This document shows positions 59,701-64,000 of a stretch of DNA of 64,000 bases, in pieces; the first letter of the stretch is position 1, and each line of letters starts with the position of its first letter. Location: positions 5,120,001-5,184,000 of the forward strand of contig CBDCXR010000004.1 in assembly GCA_965223845.1 (NCBI GenBank). The letters are read 5' to 3'. The translations under genes and the position numbers were made by a program. The notes under the pieces are model-generated. The model had not been told where the DNA came from, searched no databases, and was given only the letters and a program-made list of their open reading frames with translations. This DNA is from Planctomycetota bacterium (GTDB taxonomy: Bacteria > Planctomycetota > UBA8108 > SXIK01).

Positions 59701-59710
59701 AGGGTTCTGA
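56702..59710 (+). CDS. Exported DUF6797-like protein with inserted LamG and sorbosone-dehydrogenase-like beta-propeller
   Basis: GTG after GGAG; MNYGPYL, KGLAIRL, FDTDTLR, GPLPREWARWKGLY; LamG DDGEWHDVA; GDVW, ATGLYQALGL, DLNGDGEIDFYE, GFRAPNG, DQEGHWTP. Confidence 0.85.
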   Translation: MRFDRPRIARELTVTTTALLLAAALLPTAETAAAPQGKRWTDMNYGPYLTAAIEITKGNIAHKGLAIRLDAGDGGVAAGREFCMFDTDTLRYAGAWSGAEFTDWRSIVFDGSHGTHPKIVGDLLYENRIGPGWADADGGFDDPRVRGRDDVAYGPLPREWARWKGLYLHENHVVLNYTVGRTEILELPGVETVAGVPVFTRTIELGPRSAELVLQVAQPSSSEIKIETGGVLAGLSSGGEESTAAGARRLDGTTSLEIAGSKSFNLTDEDFTISARIRTKKGGTILARAPARGNWAPDAVALFVRNGRVCFDVGWVGVVVSKRRVDDGEWHDVAATFDQATGRIQLYVDGEADSGKELQAKNNPSGHVVRIGFASPDFPKPSAFSGSIREVRLYQRRLDAAQLAAEATKDAQDLLGRWILSDDALPPRVDDVSGGKHHATARAIAANRPSVSAAARPTAFVVVGDTDATTWSVDPANRALRLRIAAGDDPLRFKIGIAAAKSGAALDLDAIRSSLRAPGDIRALTRGGPGRWNETLNTKVSTLGSPEGPYVAEVISTPLDNPYRAWMRLGGFDFFADGKRAAVCTWMGDVWTVDGLGGELETFRWRRIATGLYQALGLKIVDETVYVLGRDQITRLHDLNGDGEIDFYENFNNDVQNTEHFHEFAMDLQTDAAGNFYFMKGGRHALDAVIPHHGTVRKVSKDGATSSTVAYGFRAPNGLYVHSSGSFVTSDQEGHWTPANRINWVKPGGFYGYNWSYHADGTKRETYDPPLCWIHPKMDRSPAAQLFVESDRWGPLGGKLLSLSYGTGNVLLVLNEEVNGTRQGGVVRLPVEMFPTGIMRGRFHPGDGQLYACGLFGWAGNRTQAGGFYRIRYTGKPLDVPTALHATDRGLVLEFSRPLDPRRAADARRYAAERWNYKWQQQYGSKDYRLTDGSIGRDKVKVTEARLSKDGRKLFLAIDDMKPCMQMWLRYRITAADGARVQNEIYHTVHALGASENHLEGF

Positions 59711-59817
59711 CTCGGGATCGAAGCCAGCGTTCTGATGTGACGGGAAGCCGTCGATGCGGTAGACATCGAGTGCGGCGCATCGACCGTTCCATTCCCGCAG
59801 GATGCCGAGGGCGGTTC

Positions 59818-60435
59818 ATGAGAAGACCATCGCGACTTCTCATCGGAGTCACTCTGCTCGCTTCGTGTCGTCTGCCGACGCCGGACGACGGGACGCATTC
59901 CTCGCGCGAGTCTGTCGCGCGGGGCGGAGCGAGAGCGTCCGACGAAGCTGCGGGTCGCGCGGGCGGCGGTGCAGGCGTTCTCGACTGGCGCACCGCCCTC
60001 CGTGTCGCGCGCCTCGAAGGAGCCCGAAGCGGAGAGCCCCGCGTCGAGTCCGGGCGAGCAGCACCCAAGCGGTCCGAAACCGGCGGACTCGGTCGAGGCG
60101 GCGAACGAACGCGGACGCCAAGACCCGCACCCGGGGATGGCTCCGCGACCGAGTCTCGTTCGACGTCGGGAGCTCGCGACGGCGAGCTCGAAGCTCGACT
60201 CTCGGAGCGTTCTCGCCCGAGGCTCGGTCGCCGCCGAGAGCGCGTCGAAGGCGACGATCGCGTCCCCGCCGAACCGGTCGAAGAGCACGATCCCGCCGCG
60301 GAGCGCGACGCGACGCTCGTCCGGACGCGCAAGCATCGCATCACGGTCGTGCGAGATCCGTTCTTCGATCCCTATCGATCCGAGAGCGGCTGGATCGACC
60401 TCGACGAATTGGATGGAAGGCCGCCGCGGAGGTAG
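59818..60435 (+). CDS. Putative low-complexity lipoprotein
   Basis: MRRPSRLLIGVTLLASC lipobox; mostly Arg/Gly/Ser-rich; fills gap between co-directional genes. Confidence 0.5.
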   Translation: MRRPSRLLIGVTLLASCRLPTPDDGTHSSRESVARGGARASDEAAGRAGGGAGVLDWRTALRVARLEGARSGEPRVESGRAAPKRSETGGLGRGGERTRTPRPAPGDGSATESRSTSGARDGELEARLSERSRPRLGRRRERVEGDDRVPAEPVEEHDPAAERDATLVRTRKHRITVVRDPFFDPYRSESGWIDLDELDGRPPRR

Positions 60436-60564
60436 TCTCTCGACTTCCACCGCCCGATCGAGCTTTTCGCGGTGAATCTCGCGCCGTTCTCTCGGTTGGG
60501 TTTTCGCGAGCGAGGAATGCTCCCGCCACCTCGAAATCGAAGTCGTAAGCGCAGTGAGTGAAGC

Positions 60565-61467
60565 ATGAAGATTCTCATCTCCGGCTCGACCGGACTCGTA
60601 GGCACGGAGCTCGTCCACCGGCTCAGCGAGCGGGATCACACCGTCGTGAGATTGGTTCGCCGGGCCGCGACGAGCGAACACGAAATTGAATGGGACCCCG
60701 CCGGCGGACGGCTCGATCCGGGCGCCGTCTCGGGATTCGACGCGGTCGTCCATCTCGCCGGCGAAAACGTCGCCGGGCGGCGCTGGAGCGCGAAACAGAA
60801 GGAGGCGATCCGCTCCAGCCGTGTGGACGGGACGAGACTCCTCGCAGAAGCGCTCGCAACGACCGAGTCCCCTCCCCGCAGCCTGGTCTGCGCGTCGGCG
60901 ATCGGTTTCTACGGCTCGCGCGGCGACGAAGAGCTCACCGAAGACAGTTCCCCGGGCGACGAGTTTCTGAGTGACGTCTGTCGCGCGTGGGAAGAGGCGG
61001 CAAGGCCGGCCATCGACCGCGGCATCCGAACGGCGTTTCTTCGGTACGGCGTGATCCTCAGCGACCGCGGCGGCGCGCTCGCGAAAATGCTGACGCCGTT
61101 CAAGCTGGGTGTCGCGGGGAAAATGGGTCACGGTCGCCAGTGGATGAGCTGGCTTTCGCTCGATGACGCGGCCGGCATCATCCTTCACGCTCTCGAGACC
61201 GAATCCCTGGAGGGACCGATCAACGCAGTCTCTCCGAGTCCCGTAACGAACCTTCAGTTCACGAAGGCGCTCGGGGCGGAGCTCCGGCGGCCGACGGTCT
61301 TCCCGATGCCCGCGTTCGCCGCGCGCCTCGCGTTCGGCGAGATGGCGGATGCACTTCTCCTCGGAAGCACTCGCGTCATCCCGAATCAGTTGCTTCGTTC
61401 AGACTACAAGTTCCGCCACCGCGAGCTGCAATCCGCATTGCACGACATTCTGCAGTCGAAGCAGTGA
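60565..61467 (+). CDS. TIGR01777-family NAD-dependent epimerase-like protein (YfcH-like)
   Basis: ISGSTGLVG, VVHLAGE, RRW....K..I..SRV.GT, SAIGFYG, GRQWMSW, GPINAVSP. Confidence 0.94.
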   Translation: MKILISGSTGLVGTELVHRLSERDHTVVRLVRRAATSEHEIEWDPAGGRLDPGAVSGFDAVVHLAGENVAGRRWSAKQKEAIRSSRVDGTRLLAEALATTESPPRSLVCASAIGFYGSRGDEELTEDSSPGDEFLSDVCRAWEEAARPAIDRGIRTAFLRYGVILSDRGGALAKMLTPFKLGVAGKMGHGRQWMSWLSLDDAAGIILHALETESLEGPINAVSPSPVTNLQFTKALGAELRRPTVFPMPAFAARLAFGEMADALLLGSTRVIPNQLLRSDYKFRHRELQSALHDILQSKQ

Positions 61468-61639
61468 CGACTCGTTCAAAACGCATTTCCCTTGAACGAC
61501 GCTTCGAAGCGCCCAAGATGTCAGGACGATCCCTTTCGGGCGAGAGCCGCGGCGCGCACCCAGCATCGGCTCCCGGGGGCAGCCAGCGACGAAGAGGAGA
61601 TACGGAACGCGCGAGCGTGAAGATCTCCGGGAGTCTCGA

Positions 61640-62071
61640 ATGCCCGACGACACCGGGTGGGACAGCGGCGCGATCCCGCGGATTTCCGGTCGCATTTTGG
61701 TCGTCGACGATGTTGCGACGAATCAGCTCTTGCTCGCCAACCGACTCGGTCGCGCCGGAGCGAACGTCAGCGTCGCCGGAAACGGCCTCGAAGCGCTCGA
61801 GCTGGTTCGCTCGAGTTGGGAAGCGCAAGAACGCTTCGACGTGATCCTCATGGATCTCCAGATGCCCAAGATGGATGGGCTCACCGCGACGCGCGAGATC
61901 CGCAAGAACGCGGACTCGACTCCGATCATCGCGATCACTGCGCGTCACAGCGAGAGCGCGCGGGAGCAAGCCGCCTCGGCGGGCTGCAACGAGTACGTGA
62001 CGAAACCGGTGCACTGGCCGGACCTCTTCGCCGTGCTCGAAAAGTACTTGCCGCGAGGCGAACCGAGCTGA
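61640..62071 (+). CDS. Single-domain response regulator (receiver)
   Basis: ILVVDD, ILMDLQMPKMDG, IIAITA, YVTKP. Confidence 0.9.
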   Translation: MPDDTGWDSGAIPRISGRILVVDDVATNQLLLANRLGRAGANVSVAGNGLEALELVRSSWEAQERFDVILMDLQMPKMDGLTATREIRKNADSTPIIAITARHSESAREQAASAGCNEYVTKPVHWPDLFAVLEKYLPRGEPS

Positions 62072-62311
62072 GGTTCGGGCTCCGGAGTTCCATCGCCCGT
62101 TGGCGTCCGATCGAATTCCCGCCCGTTGACTGCCGTCCAAACGGAATCGTACGCGACGCCGGACCCGAACATGTTCCGAGCGGCGCGACGGGAGTGGCCG
62201 AGTCGAACGAAGGCTGCGAGGTGACCCTTCTCGCCCCACGACTCGAGCCGTAGAATCTCTGCTTCGAACGTAAACGACGCGCAGCAACCGCAGATAACGG
62301 AGCCCCCTCGC

Positions 62312-63622
62312 ATGACGCGCCCCACGACCACTCGCCGCCGGTTTCTGAAGACCTCGGCTTCGGCCGCCGCCTCGACGCTCGCGCTGCCAACGATCTTCAC
62401 CGGCGAGGGCTTCGCCGCGGAAACGGGGAAGCCGGAGAAGCTCATCACCGCGGCGATCGGCGTCGGAGGGCGCGGCAGTGGAATCGGACGCCAGCTCCGA
62501 GACCGGAGCCGCATGGTGGCATGCTGCGATGTCGATCAGAACCACGCACGCAGGTTCAAGGGGAAGAGCGATATCGAAGCGTACTCGGACTACCGCGCCG
62601 TTCTCGACCGAAAGGAGATCCAGGCGATCACCGTCGGAACTCCCGATCACTGGCACACCCCGATCGTGCTGCGCGCGATCTGGTCCGGGAAGGACGTCTA
62701 CTGCGAGAAGCCGCTCACGCTCACGATCGCGGAGGGTCAGCTCCTCGTGAACGCGGTGAAGCAGACCGGCCGCGTGCTCCAAGTTGGCACTCAGCAGCGG
62801 ACGGAGATGGGACGGCGATTCCTTCAGGCGGTCGCGATCGCGCACTCGGGGAAGCTCGGCCGCGTGAAGCGCGTGACCGCGTGCATCGGCGGCGCGCCGG
62901 ACAGCGGCTCATTCAATCCCTCCGCCCCGCCCGCCCATCTCGACTGGGACTTTTGGCTCGGTCAGGCGCCGCTCGTTCCGTACACGCGCGAGCGCTGTCA
63001 CGGGAACTTCAGGTGGTGGTACGAGTACTCCGGCGGAAAGATGACCGACTGGGGCGCCCACCACGTCGACATCGCGCAGTGGATTCTGAAGAAGACGGAC
63101 ACGGGTCCGACATCCGTGACGCCCCTCTCTTCGACCCATCCGAAGGCCGCTGACAAGAACGGCTACAACACCGCGACGAAGTTCGAGGTCTCCTGCATGT
63201 TCGACGACGGCGGCGAGATCGTCATCCGCCACGACCGACGGAACGGCTGCCACATCGAAGCGGAAAAAGGAAACTTCTACGTCGGACGCGGTGCGATCGA
63301 AGGTCAGATCGTCGACGAGATCAAGAAGTCGAAGGAGCTGACCGAGTGGCTGAACGGCGAAGTGCACAAGCTCTTCGCCGGCAGGTCGCCGAAGGGTCAC
63401 ATGGACAACTTCCTCGACGCGGTCGCCGACCGGAAGCTGCCGATCTCGGACGTCTATTCACACCATCGCATCCTCACGACGTGCCACCTCGCTAACATCG
63501 CGATCCGCACGGGGCGCACGATCCGCTGGAACCCGGAAACCGAGCTCGCGATCGGCGACGCCGACATCAACGCGAACTGGATCCGGCGAGAGCAGCGCGC
63601 GCCGTACTCGTTTACGGCGTAA
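62312..63622 (+). CDS. Tat-exported Gfo/Idh/MocA oxidoreductase
   Basis: RRRFLK; IGVGGRG, TPDHWH, GKDVYCEKP, QVGTQQR, DWGAHHVD. Confidence 0.94.
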   Translation: MTRPTTTRRRFLKTSASAAASTLALPTIFTGEGFAAETGKPEKLITAAIGVGGRGSGIGRQLRDRSRMVACCDVDQNHARRFKGKSDIEAYSDYRAVLDRKEIQAITVGTPDHWHTPIVLRAIWSGKDVYCEKPLTLTIAEGQLLVNAVKQTGRVLQVGTQQRTEMGRRFLQAVAIAHSGKLGRVKRVTACIGGAPDSGSFNPSAPPAHLDWDFWLGQAPLVPYTRERCHGNFRWWYEYSGGKMTDWGAHHVDIAQWILKKTDTGPTSVTPLSSTHPKAADKNGYNTATKFEVSCMFDDGGEIVIRHDRRNGCHIEAEKGNFYVGRGAIEGQIVDEIKKSKELTEWLNGEVHKLFAGRSPKGHMDNFLDAVADRKLPISDVYSHHRILTTCHLANIAIRTGRTIRWNPETELAIGDADINANWIRREQRAPYSFTA

Positions 63623-63784
63623 CCGAGTTCGACGGGACACGGACCGAAGGCGCGGTGCGCCGCTCCCGCGCGCGATGGTCGCGGGGCTTTTTCACGTTCG
63701 TCGGAGTAGATCGCGACGCTTCGATCGAGCGTGCGCGCTAGCGAAGCGGGCGCGAACGAGCGCCGTCGCCGTTCATGAGACACG

Positions 63785-63823
63785 AAAAAACGCCGGGCGC
63801 TCCAGCTCGGAGCGCCCGGCGTT
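63785..63823 (-). terminator. Rho-independent terminator
   Basis: 15-bp stem AACGCCGGGCGCTCC / GGAGCGCCCGGCGTT, 5-nt loop; A6 at 63785-63790 gives a U-tract on the minus strand. Confidence 0.85.
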
Positions 63824-63850
63824 CGTCGATGCGAAACGTCGGACCCTTGC

Positions 63851-64000
63851 TCAGGTCGACGACTCGCGCTGCGCTTGACGCACTCGGACGTACCCCTTCC
63901 GCGCGACGTCCTTCAGCTTCTTTACACGCGAAAACGATCGCGCGACTTCGGCGTAGATGCGCTCGGCGGAATCCAGTCGTCCGTTCTTCTCGTACTTGCG
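63851..64000 (-). CDS. 3' end of a gene entering from the right (TPR-like helix)
   Basis: RKYEKNGRLDSAERIYAEVARSFSRVKKLKDVARKGYVRVRQAQRESST-stop, followed by the terminator. Confidence 0.7.
   Translation of the reverse strand, partial: RKYEKNGRLDSAERIYAEVARSFSRVKKLKDVARKGYVRVRQAQRESST

Noticed and set aside
63660-63695. Plus-strand hairpin followed by T-run after the Gfo/Idh/MocA gene
   Set aside because: Stem imperfect with a long loop; possible terminator but too weak to call.
1-64000. Very frequent TCGA/CTCGAG words
   Set aside because: Largely explained by NTC-GAN codon pairs (CTC GAG, ATC GAC, GTC GAC); a real excess would need a Markov-model test I cannot run.

Overview
High-GC (about two-thirds, by eye), gene-dense bacterial DNA, most likely a Planctomycetota: it has DUF1592/DUF1552 and PVC-type heme genes, planctomycete-type ECF/Ser-Thr kinase pairs and planctomycete dockerin-like C-termini. 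I see about 29 CDS and no rRNA, tRNA, CRISPR array or transposase. Three themes stand out. (1) Four large secreted proteins share a C-terminal dockerin-like tag; two are S8 proteases and two also carry cohesin-like + HYR modules. Three of the four lie beside or inside ECF sigma factor / Ser-Thr kinase-WD40 pairs, suggesting a kinase-controlled, self-assembling extracellular proteolytic complex. (2) A stand-alone NRPS (formyltransferase - vestigial C - A interrupted by a luciferase-like monooxygenase - PCP, Gly predicted) sits next to a PPTase with no partner PKS/TE in the window. (3) A DUF1592-DUF1552-HEAT-PVC heme operon. Smaller oddities: an unrecognised 80-aa tandem repeat, an RmlD-like SDR lacking YxxxK, duplicated lipoproteins and a frameshifted remnant at a compositional break. 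All domain calls are by-eye motif recognition, not database searches.
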